Origin: an uncultured bacterium
GTDB lineage: Bacteria > Krumholzibacteriota > Krumholzibacteriia > Krumholzibacteriales > Krumholzibacteriaceae
Length of the DNA stretch: 64,000 nt
Assembly (NCBI GenBank): GCA_963786935.1
Contig: CAWBAN010000001.1
Coordinates: 1,088,001 to 1,152,000 of the forward strand
Direction: 5' to 3'
Shown here: positions 51,709 to 61,661 of the stretch, piece after piece
Layout of the letters: each line of letters opens with the position of its first letter
How positions within the stretch are numbered: position 1 is the first letter of the stretch
Made by a program: the position numbers and the translations under genes
Notes under the pieces: generated by a model
Databases searched by the model: none
Told to the model about the DNA's origin: nothing
The model's input: the letters and a program-made list of their open reading frames with translations, nothing else

Positions 51709-53355
51709 TCAGAGACGCGCCGCGACCTGCAGCGAGAAATCCGGCGCCGTTCCCGCCTCCAGCTTCACATGAGCAAAAATGCTTAACTTGTTGATATATA
51801 ATCCAATCAACGCTGCGCCCCTTCTGGTGTCCCTCGAAACGACGCGCAGGGGAAAACTCCCCTGAAGAGAGGGCTCGTAGAAATAGCATACCGGATTCCC
51901 GAACGTCGTTTCGTAATCGGCGAGCGAGGCCGTCATCCGAAGCCGGTTCGAAAACAGGTTCACGCGGAGAACGGGTGAGACGAGCCAGGCGCGCCCCCCT
52001 TCCTCATCGATCCGCTTCAGCGACGCCCCGACGCGCGCGCGCGCGGCGACGCGCCATTCCCCCTGGACCGCGAGGGAGCGGGATCCGTCCAGCCGGATCT
52101 CCGATGCGCACGGGTATGGAATGACGTTCTGCCGCTCGTCCGCCGCCCCGGTCCACACGAGCCGCAGGAAACCCACCCGCCCGCGCCCTTCGCACTCGAT
52201 CCTCGCCGTCCGACGAACCGCGATACTATGACCGTCGGCGCGCTCGTACCGGTCGAGCGACCCCCTCACGTGAAATCCCCGCCGGATCATGCAATCGACG
52301 GCGGCGGCGCCGCCGCCGATCGAAGAGCTCTCTCCCGGCGAGCGGCCGATCACCGAGCTGAAGGTGTGCGCCGCGCCCGGCGGGACGAAATAGAGGAGAA
52401 GACCCGCCCGGGCTTTCGAGATTCTGCAGGAGAATGCCGAGAGCAGCGCCGGTTCGGTCTCGCCGCGCCATGCCGCCTCGAAGCCGGCGTTCATCACGTC
52501 CGATTTCCACCGGCCGTCGATGCCGAAAACGCGCGTCCCCCGCTCCCGCGCTCCGCCCGAGAGCGACAGGCCCGCCGCGGCCCGGCCGCGACGCGCCTCG
52601 ATCCGCGCGCCGGCAGCGGTCGTTCCGGAGGGATTCGGTCCGTCGGGACCGGAGGTCATCGCCCGCCCGCGGAACACCGCCGCATAGAAGTGCCGGCCGC
52701 GGATCTCCGCCGCGCCTCCCTGGAGCGACCGCGCGGAAAACGACGTCGTCCCCGCGATCATGCGAGGCGTATGAAACGGAAAAGCTCCCGACGAGAGCGA
52801 CGAGCCGCCCGATCCCCCGAAAACGAGCCCGAGCGCGAAATCGGGCACGATGGCGCCCGCGTGGAGCCGGACAGCGCCCGCCAGCGTCTCCCCCGCGAGA
52901 TACCATGAGACGGCGCGCGCTCCACCTTCGGCCTTCTTCGCTCGGCAGAGCGCACTCCATCCCCCGGCCCCCCCGGCGAGGTATACGTCGGATCTTCCCG
53001 CGCCGGAACGGGAGATCGTCCCCTGCGTGATCCGGCAAACGGCGCCGATGGAGCGGGGATCGTCCCGGCGGCGATAATCGCCGTCGCGCGCGCGCTCCCC
53101 GGCGATTGCCGTCGCCGAGAGCAGCTGCTCGAGCGCGGCGCGCGAAGGATCGTCGGGATTCTCCCGAAGATACTCGGCGATCTCCCGCTCGTCGAGCGAC
53201 GCCGCCGGCTCTCCGGCGCCCTCCGGAACCGTTTCCATGACGGCGCCGTCCGGCGCGCTCCGCGTATCGACGCCCTTCGCCGCGCGCCCCGCCGGGGCGC
53301 ACGACGCGGCCGCGAGCGCCGGGAGGAGACAGGCGATCGCTATCGCCGCCCGCAT
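51709..53355 (-). CDS. Hypothetical outer-membrane lipoprotein / beta-barrel
   Basis: Lipobox-like AASC; FALGLVF and YFYEPSLQGSF recall the barrel part of FCB ComEA/HhH-type proteins. Confidence 0.6.
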   Translation of the reverse strand: MRAAIAIACLLPALAAASCAPAGRAAKGVDTRSAPDGAVMETVPEGAGEPAASLDEREIAEYLRENPDDPSRAALEQLLSATAIAGERARDGDYRRRDDPRSIGAVCRITQGTISRSGAGRSDVYLAGGAGGWSALCRAKKAEGGARAVSWYLAGETLAGAVRLHAGAIVPDFALGLVFGGSGGSSLSSGAFPFHTPRMIAGTTSFSARSLQGGAAEIRGRHFYAAVFRGRAMTSGPDGPNPSGTTAAGARIEARRGRAAAGLSLSGGARERGTRVFGIDGRWKSDVMNAGFEAAWRGETEPALLSAFSCRISKARAGLLLYFVPPGAAHTFSSVIGRSPGESSSIGGGAAAVDCMIRRGFHVRGSLDRYERADGHSIAVRRTARIECEGRGRVGFLRLVWTGAADERQNVIPYPCASEIRLDGSRSLAVQGEWRVAARARVGASLKRIDEEGGRAWLVSPVLRVNLFSNRLRMTASLADYETTFGNPVCYFYEPSLQGSFPLRVVSRDTRRGAALIGLYINKLSIFAHVKLEAGTAPDFSLQVAARL

Positions 53356-53395
53356 CGTCCGCGCGTTTCCCCCCACGGCGCCCGTCCCTCCGGTG

Positions 53396-54181
53396 TCACC
53401 ATTCCCACACCATCCCGGCGCCGGCCGTCACGGTGTTTCCGAGCGCCGGGCTGCGGCTCCATGAGAAATCGAGAATCGTCCGGGAGATCCTGATCACGAA
53501 TCCGCTCGTCAGCTCGCCGGTCTTCCAGCGATACGAGCACGCGATCGCGCATCCGTTCGCGAGCCATGCATCGATCAGGCATTGCGCGTCCCGGCCCCGC
53601 GGGCCGGACAGGGCTCCGTCGACGACGAGCGCGAACGTGCCGGTGTCGATTTGGAGAAAGACGCGCCCCTCGCCCCGCCGCTGACCGTCGCCGCCGGCCG
53701 CGCGGATCACGCAGCCGGCGCACACGGCCCCGCCTATATCGAACGATCCTCCGAAAGAGAGGGACGGCGTGACCGAGGCGCCGAATCCGCGGGGCGCGCG
53801 CCGCTCGATCGCGGGAACGGCATAGAGCCTCACCGGGACGCGCGCGATGGAGGAAATCCCGATCGCCGCCGTGAAACCGTCCTCGCGATAGAGTGCGTAC
53901 CCGAGGTGACGCCAATCGATCCACGCGGCGAACGACCGCCCCTCGACGCCGAGCAGGAGATCCGACGAGACGAGTCCGTCGAGCAGGTAGGGATTCGAGG
54001 CGATCGCATGGAAACCCGCGCGCGCGCGAGCGAGCGCGCCGACGCCGTGGAAGGCGTTGCCCGAAGCGCAGCCCCGCGGGCATCCGGCGAGCATGCGCGC
54101 GGCGCAATCGTTCGCGCCCGCGGGGCCCGCCGCGATCGGCAGGAGCGCGAGGAACGCCCCGCGCGCGAACGCCCCCCTCAA
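53396..54181 (-). CDS. Hypothetical outer-membrane beta-barrel protein
   Basis: TTG start overlapping the upstream stop; signal peptide; amphipathic strands; C-terminal Trp. Confidence 0.6.
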   Translation of the reverse strand: MRGAFARGAFLALLPIAAGPAGANDCAARMLAGCPRGCASGNAFHGVGALARARAGFHAIASNPYLLDGLVSSDLLLGVEGRSFAAWIDWRHLGYALYREDGFTAAIGISSIARVPVRLYAVPAIERRAPRGFGASVTPSLSFGGSFDIGGAVCAGCVIRAAGGDGQRRGEGRVFLQIDTGTFALVVDGALSGPRGRDAQCLIDAWLANGCAIACSYRWKTGELTSGFVIRISRTILDFSWSRSPALGNTVTAGAGMVWEW

Positions 54182-55908
54182 TCCCCCGCGACGACGATGC
54201 ACGCCTTCTCCCGTCTGCATATCGCACCTCCCGCCCCCGCATATTCGACGAGGCAGATGTAGAGCCCCGTCCGGGCGCTCCTCCCGTCGCTTGTCCGGCC
54301 GTCCCAGCGGCACGCGAATACGTCGGCCCCCCCGCTCTCGCCGAACAGCCGCCGCACCTCGTATCCCTCCCGGTCGAAGATCCTCGCGAGGAAACCCGTC
54401 TCGCCCGCTTCGCGCGCGCCCGCCACCATGACCTCGCCGTCGCGCCGGGGGGAGAACGGATTGGGCGAAACGGAGAGCCCTCTCGAACGCGGAGTCTGTC
54501 CGACGCGCGTGGAATTTTCGCTCCCCGGCGTCGCCCGCCGCTTGGCGGCGCAGCGGTGCCAGATCCCGCCGGGGCGAGCGCTGCACGCGCCGGTCGATAT
54601 GCGCTCGATGCTCCTCCCCCGCTCGTCGCCGAGCAGATCGCGGTACGATACCGTCTCGACGAGAACGCCCGATTCGTCGAACAGCGAGACGGCGTCCGCG
54701 CGCTCCCCCCGGTCCGTGTCGTTCAGCGACGGCCATCCTCCCTCGACGGCGCGCACGGACGCCGCGCACGACGGATACTGGCGCGCGAACGACGCCGAAT
54801 CCTTCGCGAGAATCGAGAACGACCGCGGGGGCAGGATCGCGTCCGCCGACGACACGAGGCGCCGGGCGCCCGTCGCGTCGCAGATCGTCCATCCCTTGAG
54901 ATTGCAGGCGGCATCGGAACCGTTGGCGATCTCGATCCACTCACTCATCTCTCGTTCGGGGCGGTACATGATCTCGTTGACGACGACCGCGCCGGGGGAC
55001 GAGCCGAGGAGCGCGCGAAACGAATCGTTGGCCGCGTTCTCGTCGACGGCGCCGTCGAATCGCGCCCGGACTTCGAAGCGGGGCGCCTCAGGCGCGGCGA
55101 GGACGAGATCGATGGAATCGGCGGCCGAAACGGCGAGATCGAACGAGTGCCGGCGCGCGCCGGTGAAGCCGGCGGTTCCCGCGGCGCTCACGCCGCTCAG
55201 AATCGACACGCTCCCCCGCGCCGCTTCGAGGCCGCAGTTCGCGATTCTCACTTTCAGGGAGAAGAGGGCGCCCCCGCACGGGAGCGCGCCCTCCGGGACG
55301 AGGCTCATGCCGATATCGAACCGGAAGAAGTTCCGGCGCCCCGGCGTCGGCGGCGCGGCGACGAAGTCCGCGTCGTTCCGGCCGCTGTCGCCGCCGTCCG
55401 GCTTGCGGGCGAGGCACGACCCCGCGGGCACGTCCGGCGCGGGGGCCCCCTCGTAGAGATCGCCCGAGGCGCAGGCGCCGTATCCGACGAGATCGGCCGT
55501 GCCCGCGGGGGAGACGAGCCTGATCGCGTCGGGGCCGTTCCCGAGCGTCCCCCGGAGCAGCAGCCCGGCGGCGGGAGCGCGCTCGATTCCGGCGACGCAG
55601 AGAAATCCACCCGGCTCGAGGGACGCGCCGGGGGACGCCGTCCACACGACCTTGGCGGCGCCGGTCGCGCCGTCGAGCGTCTGCAGCGCCCATCCGGTCA
55701 GCACGCAGGAAACGGTGTCCGGATTGTGGAGCTCGACGAACTCCCACCCGTCGTCCGCTCCCGGATGATCGTAATAGATTTCGTTGATGACGACGCCGGC
55801 GGCGAGGGCGCGCGCGAAGACGATCCCGACGAACGCGCTCAAAACGGGAACACGGAACGACAGAAACGAAAAAAGGCTCCACCGCCGCATCATCCACCGC
55901 CACATCAT
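54178..55908 (-). CDS. Secreted lamin-tail-domain protein with FlgD-Ig/T9SS-like C-terminal domain
   Basis: VVINEIYY..EFVELHN and VVVNEIMY..EWIEIAN; SPNPFSP..IFDREG..VRRL..WDGR..GLYI. Confidence 0.85.
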   Translation of the reverse strand: MMWRWMMRRWSLFSFLSFRVPVLSAFVGIVFARALAAGVVINEIYYDHPGADDGWEFVELHNPDTVSCVLTGWALQTLDGATGAAKVVWTASPGASLEPGGFLCVAGIERAPAAGLLLRGTLGNGPDAIRLVSPAGTADLVGYGACASGDLYEGAPAPDVPAGSCLARKPDGGDSGRNDADFVAAPPTPGRRNFFRFDIGMSLVPEGALPCGGALFSLKVRIANCGLEAARGSVSILSGVSAAGTAGFTGARRHSFDLAVSAADSIDLVLAAPEAPRFEVRARFDGAVDENAANDSFRALLGSSPGAVVVNEIMYRPEREMSEWIEIANGSDAACNLKGWTICDATGARRLVSSADAILPPRSFSILAKDSASFARQYPSCAASVRAVEGGWPSLNDTDRGERADAVSLFDESGVLVETVSYRDLLGDERGRSIERISTGACSARPGGIWHRCAAKRRATPGSENSTRVGQTPRSRGLSVSPNPFSPRRDGEVMVAGAREAGETGFLARIFDREGYEVRRLFGESGGADVFACRWDGRTSDGRSARTGLYICLVEYAGAGGAICRREKACIVVAGD

Positions 55909-56043
55909 GAGCCGCGGGGATGATAGCGCGAGCGCGGGCGCGATTTCAACGGAAAAATACGGTCTTCAAAAAATTATCCCGCCGGCCCCCGCGGAGGCGC
56001 GAGGCCGCGCCGGCGGGCGCGGGAAGGTTTCACACGCGGCCGG

Positions 56044-57318
56044 TCACTTGCGCAGTCCGAGCTTCCGGAGAATCTTCTCTCCCCGGTCGCTCCCCTTCTC
56101 GTATCCGTACCATGCCGCCGCGACCCTGCCGCGGATGTCGATGATGTAGTTGAGCGGCAGCGCGCCCTGCCCCCGCGCCGTTTGAAATTTCCGTTCGAGC
56201 ACCTCGCGCGCGACGGCCGTCGTGTCGACGACGTTCGGAAAGCGGATCATCTTCTCGCGGAGAAACCGCTGCGCCTCCTCGCGCCCGTCCGCGCAATTCA
56301 GGCCGAGCACGACGAGCCCTTCCTTCGCGTACTGCTCCTGGATGCGCTGCAGGTGGGGGAGCTCGGCGCGGCACGGCACGCAGCTCAGCCGCCAGAACGA
56401 GAGCCAGACGACGGCGCCGCGATGATCGGACAGCCGGAACCGAGAGCCGTCCAGGAGCGGGAGCTCGAAATCGGGGGCGTCGCTCCCCGGCTTCAGGAGA
56501 CCGTCGTCGAGCGACTGCAGGACGTATTCCTCCCACCCGGCGGGCGGCTTCCAGGCGAACCGGTCCTTCGATATCTCCCCGTTGACGACGACGTCGCGCC
56601 ACCGTTCGCGCACGACGATATCCCGTTTCCCCCGCACCGTTTCCTCGAGTCTCCGGGGAAGGCGGTCGCGCCTGGCGACCCAGAACACCCTCGTCCGCTG
56701 GCCGTTCGCGTAGCTCGCCTCGATGATGTCGCAGACCTCGCCGTCGACGTTGACCGATCCCCCGCGCCTCACGCTCTCGAGGAGCGCCTCCATGAGATCG
56801 AAGCTCCCGTGGAACACGCTCGGATCGAGAATGGTCATCGACATCCCCGTGCCGAGCACGCTCGTTTCGCGCGCGATCGAGTGCGTCCCCCGCGCGGCGT
56901 CCTTCCTGATGTACGAGTTCCGTCCGTCCGCGGCGTTCGACGCGGAGTCGCTCTCGTGGATATAGGGCCTCCCGTCGGGCCAGTAGATCCAGAGCTGCCG
57001 CCCGTCGAGCACGAGAACGCCCGTCTTCGATCCGTCCCCGCTCCGCGATTCGAGCAGCGCGTAGTTCGGCTTCTTGAGCAGCAGCAGGTAGCTCGAATGG
57101 CCGATCTCCATGCCGCCCGTTTCCCGGACGTATTCGCTCTCGAACGAGAGCGTGCGCGCTTCCCGCATCGCCGCGTGCATCCCCCGGTAGATCGCGAGCG
57201 CCGCGCTGTCCCCCTGCGCCGCGGAACCGGGATCCCTCCCCCGCGGCGCGGCTCCGGAGGCGCAGAGCGCGGCGAGCGCCGCGGCGACAAGCATCGACAC
57301 GCGCCGGAACGACGTCAT
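56044..57318 (-). CDS. LolA-like domain fused to TlpA-family thioredoxin
   Basis: Signal peptide; LKKPN..VLDGRQLW..FAWKPPAG; APDFEL, FWRLSCVPCRAELP. Confidence 0.82.
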   Translation of the reverse strand: MTSFRRVSMLVAAALAALCASGAAPRGRDPGSAAQGDSAALAIYRGMHAAMREARTLSFESEYVRETGGMEIGHSSYLLLLKKPNYALLESRSGDGSKTGVLVLDGRQLWIYWPDGRPYIHESDSASNAADGRNSYIRKDAARGTHSIARETSVLGTGMSMTILDPSVFHGSFDLMEALLESVRRGGSVNVDGEVCDIIEASYANGQRTRVFWVARRDRLPRRLEETVRGKRDIVVRERWRDVVVNGEISKDRFAWKPPAGWEEYVLQSLDDGLLKPGSDAPDFELPLLDGSRFRLSDHRGAVVWLSFWRLSCVPCRAELPHLQRIQEQYAKEGLVVLGLNCADGREEAQRFLREKMIRFPNVVDTTAVAREVLERKFQTARGQGALPLNYIIDIRGRVAAAWYGYEKGSDRGEKILRKLGLRK

Positions 57319-59462
57319 ACGAGCCCCCATGCCTTTCTCATGATCCACTCGGCGCCGAGCAGCAGAACGATGCCGGCGAGAACGACCGCGTTCCCGCGGA
57401 CGCCGCGGACGTCGCGGCGCTCGACGCGCTGCTCGGACAGGCGCAGCCGGTTCGCGACGGATTCGAGCCCGGCCCCCTCGAGATACGCGCCTCCCGTTGC
57501 CTCCGCGATGTCCGCCAGCAGCGCGCCGTCGCGCGAGGGATCGAGCAGCTCGACCGAGACGTCCGTCACGGAGAAGGACGTCGTCCCGTTCAGGCCGCCC
57601 GCGGCGCTCCCTTCCCCGGAAACGGTGACGGTATAATCGCCCGGGGGGAGCGGATCGAGCTCCGCGCGGTAGTGGCCGGGCCGCCGCGGATCCGGCTCGA
57701 ACGCGACCGCCGCGACGGGGATGCCGCCTCCCGCGCCGCTCGCTCGCACCTCGCCGCGCAGCCCGTCGGGGGCGCGACCGCTCCCGATCGAAGCGGCGAG
57801 CTTCACACGATCTCCCCTGCGGTACACGGTCCGGTCGGAATCGACCGCGAGGGCGCTCGCGCGCCCCTTCTCGGCGAGGCTCTGCACGAGCCCCCCGAAG
57901 AACGCCTCGTAGATCCTCCGCCCGTCGCCGCCGGCGAGCCTCCAGCGCCAGATCGGAAATCCGAGCAACGCGCCGGAGAGCCCCTCGCCGCGCCGCTCGA
58001 GAACGAGGAACGGGGTTCTGCCGCCGCGATCCTCGAGCACCAGCGACACGCGCGATCCCGAGGCGGCGGCGAGCCCGCCGATTTTCGCCGCGAGCGGCGG
58101 CAGGCGATCGAGCCCCCCGTCGGCCGCGAGCGCCGATACGACGGGATCGCCGGCGCCTTCCGCCGAAAGGCGGACGAACGTCTCGGCATACTGGATCCGC
58201 AGCGCGGAGACGCGCCGGATGCTCAGCAGCGGCTGCAGGAGATCGAGCGATGCGGCCCTCGCGAGCGGGGAATTCTCGTCCGCGATGAACAGCACGCTTC
58301 CTCCCGCGCGGACGAACGCGTCGAGCGCGTCCGAGTTCGCCGCGGCGTCGAAGAGCCTCGCGTCGTCCGAAACGACCACGAGATCGTACCGCGAGAGCCC
58401 GGCCGCCGTCCCCGGAAAAGCCCACGGTCTCTCGCCGGGATCGATCCGGAAGCCGGAGCCGGCCACCCAGGTGACCGCCTCGAGCTCGAACCGCTTCGAG
58501 CCCTTCACGAGATCCCGTACGAAGGTCATGTTCCAGTCGGGATACTGATCGATGTAGAGAATCCGGACCCGCTCCTTGAGGACGTCGAGCCGGAACGATT
58601 CGCTGTTGTTCTCGCGCCGGTCCTCCCGCGCCGCGGGCAGCGCCTCGACGGTGAGCCGGCGCTCCCCCTCGGCGTCCGCCGCGTAGGCGAGCGAGACGCT
58701 GATGACCTCGTCGTTCTTTCTCGCGGTCAGGAGGGCGCTGTCCCTGACCCGCCCCCCCTCGAGGAGCCGCACGACGATCGAGGCGCCCCTGACTCCCGAG
58801 GCGCGGATCATCGCCTCGACGGGGACCTTCGTGCCGCGGTAAGCGACGCGGTCGGCGACGACCTCCTCGACGGAGACGTCGGCCCCGGCGAGCGTATCGC
58901 CGAATCCGACGGCGTACACGGGCACCCCGGGACCGGCCCCCGACGAAACCATCCCGCGCGTGACGCGACCGTCCGAGAGGAGGACGATCGCGGCGAGATT
59001 CCGTCCCCCATACCGCTTCCGGGCGGCTTCGAGCGCGCCCCGCAGGTCCGTGCCCTCGCCGTCGGGCGCGATCGCGCTGTCGGGCCGGAGGGGGGCGCTC
59101 GCGAGATCCTCCGCGAACGGCACGACCTCGATATCGGCGCGCGCGCCGCCGAGAGCCCCGCGGAGGCGCTCGAGCCGGGCGAGCGCGTCGTCGAGCCTCG
59201 TCCGTCCGCCCGAATCGTCGATGCCCATGCTGCGGGAGCGATCGATCAGGACGAGCACGAGCGGCTTCCTGACTTCAACGGTCTTCGAGACGAAAACGGG
59301 ATTGAAGAGCAGCAGGGCGAGGAGCGCGAACGCCCCGATCCGCATCGCGGCGAGGAGCGCGCGCCGCGTCGCCGGGACGGGCGGAAACGTCCGCCGGTAC
59401 AGAACGACCGCCGCCGCCGCGAGCGCGACGGCGACGAGAGTTTTCCAAAGCACAGGATGCAT
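57315..59462 (-). CDS. Membrane-anchored vWA / Ig / GATase-like protein
   Basis: Two N-terminal TMs, DRSRSM MIDAS, GTDL, LLSDG, WRWR, C-terminal TM with EWIMRKAWGL. Confidence 0.82.
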   Translation of the reverse strand: MHPVLWKTLVAVALAAAAVVLYRRTFPPVPATRRALLAAMRIGAFALLALLLFNPVFVSKTVEVRKPLVLVLIDRSRSMGIDDSGGRTRLDDALARLERLRGALGGARADIEVVPFAEDLASAPLRPDSAIAPDGEGTDLRGALEAARKRYGGRNLAAIVLLSDGRVTRGMVSSGAGPGVPVYAVGFGDTLAGADVSVEEVVADRVAYRGTKVPVEAMIRASGVRGASIVVRLLEGGRVRDSALLTARKNDEVISVSLAYAADAEGERRLTVEALPAAREDRRENNSESFRLDVLKERVRILYIDQYPDWNMTFVRDLVKGSKRFELEAVTWVAGSGFRIDPGERPWAFPGTAAGLSRYDLVVVSDDARLFDAAANSDALDAFVRAGGSVLFIADENSPLARAASLDLLQPLLSIRRVSALRIQYAETFVRLSAEGAGDPVVSALAADGGLDRLPPLAAKIGGLAAASGSRVSLVLEDRGGRTPFLVLERRGEGLSGALLGFPIWRWRLAGGDGRRIYEAFFGGLVQSLAEKGRASALAVDSDRTVYRRGDRVKLAASIGSGRAPDGLRGEVRASGAGGGIPVAAVAFEPDPRRPGHYRAELDPLPPGDYTVTVSGEGSAAGGLNGTTSFSVTDVSVELLDPSRDGALLADIAEATGGAYLEGAGLESVANRLRLSEQRVERRDVRGVRGNAVVLAGIVLLLGAEWIMRKAWGLV

Positions 59463-59603
59463 CGATGTATTCCTCGCTCGCGCGCCGTCGATGCATGCTA
59501 GCAGAGCGCGAAGCCGGCGTCAAAAGCGAAAACCCGCCCGCCGGCCCGGCGGGGCGCGTCTGATGATTCGTTGGATTCCCGGTGGGCGGCGAACCGAAGG
59601 CCC

Positions 59604-60053
59604 CTAATCGTCCTTTCGGCCCGGCGAGCTCGCGACGCGGTGCTCGGGGGTCGAATCCTCGCTGGCCTCCGCCGGCTTCGACCCGGCCTCGCCCGGCGTC
59701 TTCTTGTAGCTCTTGATGGCCTCGTCGACCGTATCGAAGCTCTGCAGAATGGTCTGGAACTCGAGCAGCTCGAATACCTCGTAGACGTCTCCGATCATCC
59801 CCGCGAGCCGCAGATCGCCCCCGTTCTCGCGGATCGATTTGATTTCGCTGATGAAGATGCCCCAGCCCGCCGAACTGATATAGTTCACGCCGTTGAGGTC
59901 GATGACGATATTGAAGCGGCCCTTCTTGAGAAGCCGCTTGAGGCTCTCCTCGAGCTCGGCCGATGTGGTGGTATCCACGTACCCCTGAACGGACAGCACC
60001 GACACATCCGCATTGTCTTCAGGCCTCGAAAAAGATACGTTGATCCCTTCCAT
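59604..60053 (-). CDS. STAS-domain anti-sigma factor antagonist
   Basis: GYVDTTT, IDLNGVNYISSAGWG, GGDLRL, EVFELLEF. Confidence 0.92.
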   Translation of the reverse strand: MEGINVSFSRPEDNADVSVLSVQGYVDTTTSAELEESLKRLLKKGRFNIVIDLNGVNYISSAGWGIFISEIKSIRENGGDLRLAGMIGDVYEVFELLEFQTILQSFDTVDEAIKSYKKTPGEAGSKPAEASEDSTPEHRVASSPGRKDD

Positions 60054-60076
60054 ATCAACCTCGTTTCTTAAACTCT

Positions 60077-60451
60077 TTACGCGTCATGTATTCTCGTATT
60101 CTGATGCATCGCAAAGGCGGCGAGCGCCTCCTCCTTCGTGCCGTACGGCTTGAGGAGGGTGTTGAACTCGAGCAGATCGAATACCTCCCGAACGTCCGCG
60201 TGCATCGACGCCAGCTTGATATCCCCGTTCCGCTGCCTGATCCCCTTGATCTCGCCCACGAAGATGCCCCACCCCGCGGAGCTGATGTAGTTCACCTCGC
60301 TGAGATCGGCGACGATCCGCACGCTGCTCGACGAGACGAGCTCGTTGAACTTGTCCTCGAGGAACTGCGCCGTGCCCGAGTCGACGATTCCCCGCAGCTT
60401 CAGAACGACGACGTTATCTACGTTTTCCTCATCGATGACGAGTTTGTCCAT
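60077..60451 (-). CDS. STAS-domain anti-sigma factor antagonist
   Basis: GIVDSGT, DLSEVNYISSAGWG, GDIKL, EVFDLLEF. Confidence 0.92.
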   Translation of the reverse strand: MDKLVIDEENVDNVVVLKLRGIVDSGTAQFLEDKFNELVSSSSVRIVADLSEVNYISSAGWGIFVGEIKGIRQRNGDIKLASMHADVREVFDLLEFNTLLKPYGTKEEALAAFAMHQNTRIHDA

Positions 60452-60496
60452 AAACCTGCCAGTCCTCTCCGATGCCCGCACTCATACTAGCAAACT

Positions 60497-61615
60497 TCAG
60501 TCCAATAGTGCCTTAAGAAGGATAAATATGCCCTGTCGGTCGTTCTCGGATAACCGCAGGTTCTTCTGGGCTTTCTGATAGTTCGCGTTTATCTCGAGAG
60601 CCTTCCGGAAGGCCGTGCTCGCCAGGTCCATGTAAATCTTGCATTTTGCGGTATAGAGAATGCCGAGGCTGTTGTGCCCGTCGGCGAAGGTCGGATTCTG
60701 GTCGACGATCTCGCGGATCCGAGCGAGATGGCGCTCGATCTCCTCCTCCCGGAATTCTTCTCCGTCGGAAAGGAGCATCATGGAGAGGTCGAGAATAACG
60801 TCGTCGACGCCCCCGCGCATCGCCCCCTGCTTCGCCGACTCGAGCGCGGCGAACGCGCCGTCGTAATCCTTCGCGCGGAACAGCGAGCGCGCTTCGTCGA
60901 GGCGGTCGTGGATGAGATACGGATCGAGCTGCTCGGCCCGTTCGAGGTTGCCCGTGACGTTCGCGTCGAGATCGCGCGACAGCTCGTAATCCTCCTTCAC
61001 GATCGTATTGAGGAGGTACGCGCGGGCGAGATTGAGGTACGGCTCGCCGTAGTAGAGATTGAGCTCGATGGCCCGCTTGAAGCTCTCGATCGCCGGCTTG
61101 CAGCGCTGCTGTTTGAGATAGATCTTGCCGAGCAGGTTGTGCATGTCGGGATAGTCCGGTGTGACCTCGATGCCTCCCCGCGTCGCCTCGAAGGCCTTTT
61201 CGAAATCGCCCATCTCGTAATACGATTCTCCGACGAGCATGCCGGCGAGGGAATCCTTGCTCCCCTTCCTTGCCGACTTCTGCGCCTCCTGTATCGCCTC
61301 GTGATAGAGACGGCGCTTGAAGAGCGCCTGCGCGATCCTGAGATGCAGCTTCGGGTCCTCCGACGAGCGAATGCGCTCACTCGCGCCGAGGACGGCGAGG
61401 AACTTGCGCTTGTTCTCGAGATGCGCCTCCTTCGTCGCGCGGCGCAGATCGTCGGGCGAACCCGCGTTGTCGACCGTCGATTGCACGGTGTCGAAGAGCA
61501 CGCCGTCCCTGAAGAACGAGCTCTGGACGACCCCTTTTTTCAGGAGAAGGCTCGTCTGCAGGAAGAACTTCCTCCCCCCGTGATCGATCTCTTCTCTCAA
61601 TTCGAAATTGGTCAC
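60497..61615 (-). CDS. TPR protein with small N-terminal domain
   Basis: PDYPDMHNLLGKIY, AIELNLYY, NPTFADGHNSLG, FRKALEINANY. Confidence 0.87.
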   Translation of the reverse strand: MTNFELREEIDHGGRKFFLQTSLLLKKGVVQSSFFRDGVLFDTVQSTVDNAGSPDDLRRATKEAHLENKRKFLAVLGASERIRSSEDPKLHLRIAQALFKRRLYHEAIQEAQKSARKGSKDSLAGMLVGESYYEMGDFEKAFEATRGGIEVTPDYPDMHNLLGKIYLKQQRCKPAIESFKRAIELNLYYGEPYLNLARAYLLNTIVKEDYELSRDLDANVTGNLERAEQLDPYLIHDRLDEARSLFRAKDYDGAFAALESAKQGAMRGGVDDVILDLSMMLLSDGEEFREEEIERHLARIREIVDQNPTFADGHNSLGILYTAKCKIYMDLASTAFRKALEINANYQKAQKNLRLSENDRQGIFILLKALLD

Positions 61616-61661
61616 GATGCCTTCCTCCGGACGACCCGCTGCGCGCGGTCGACGGCGGTAC

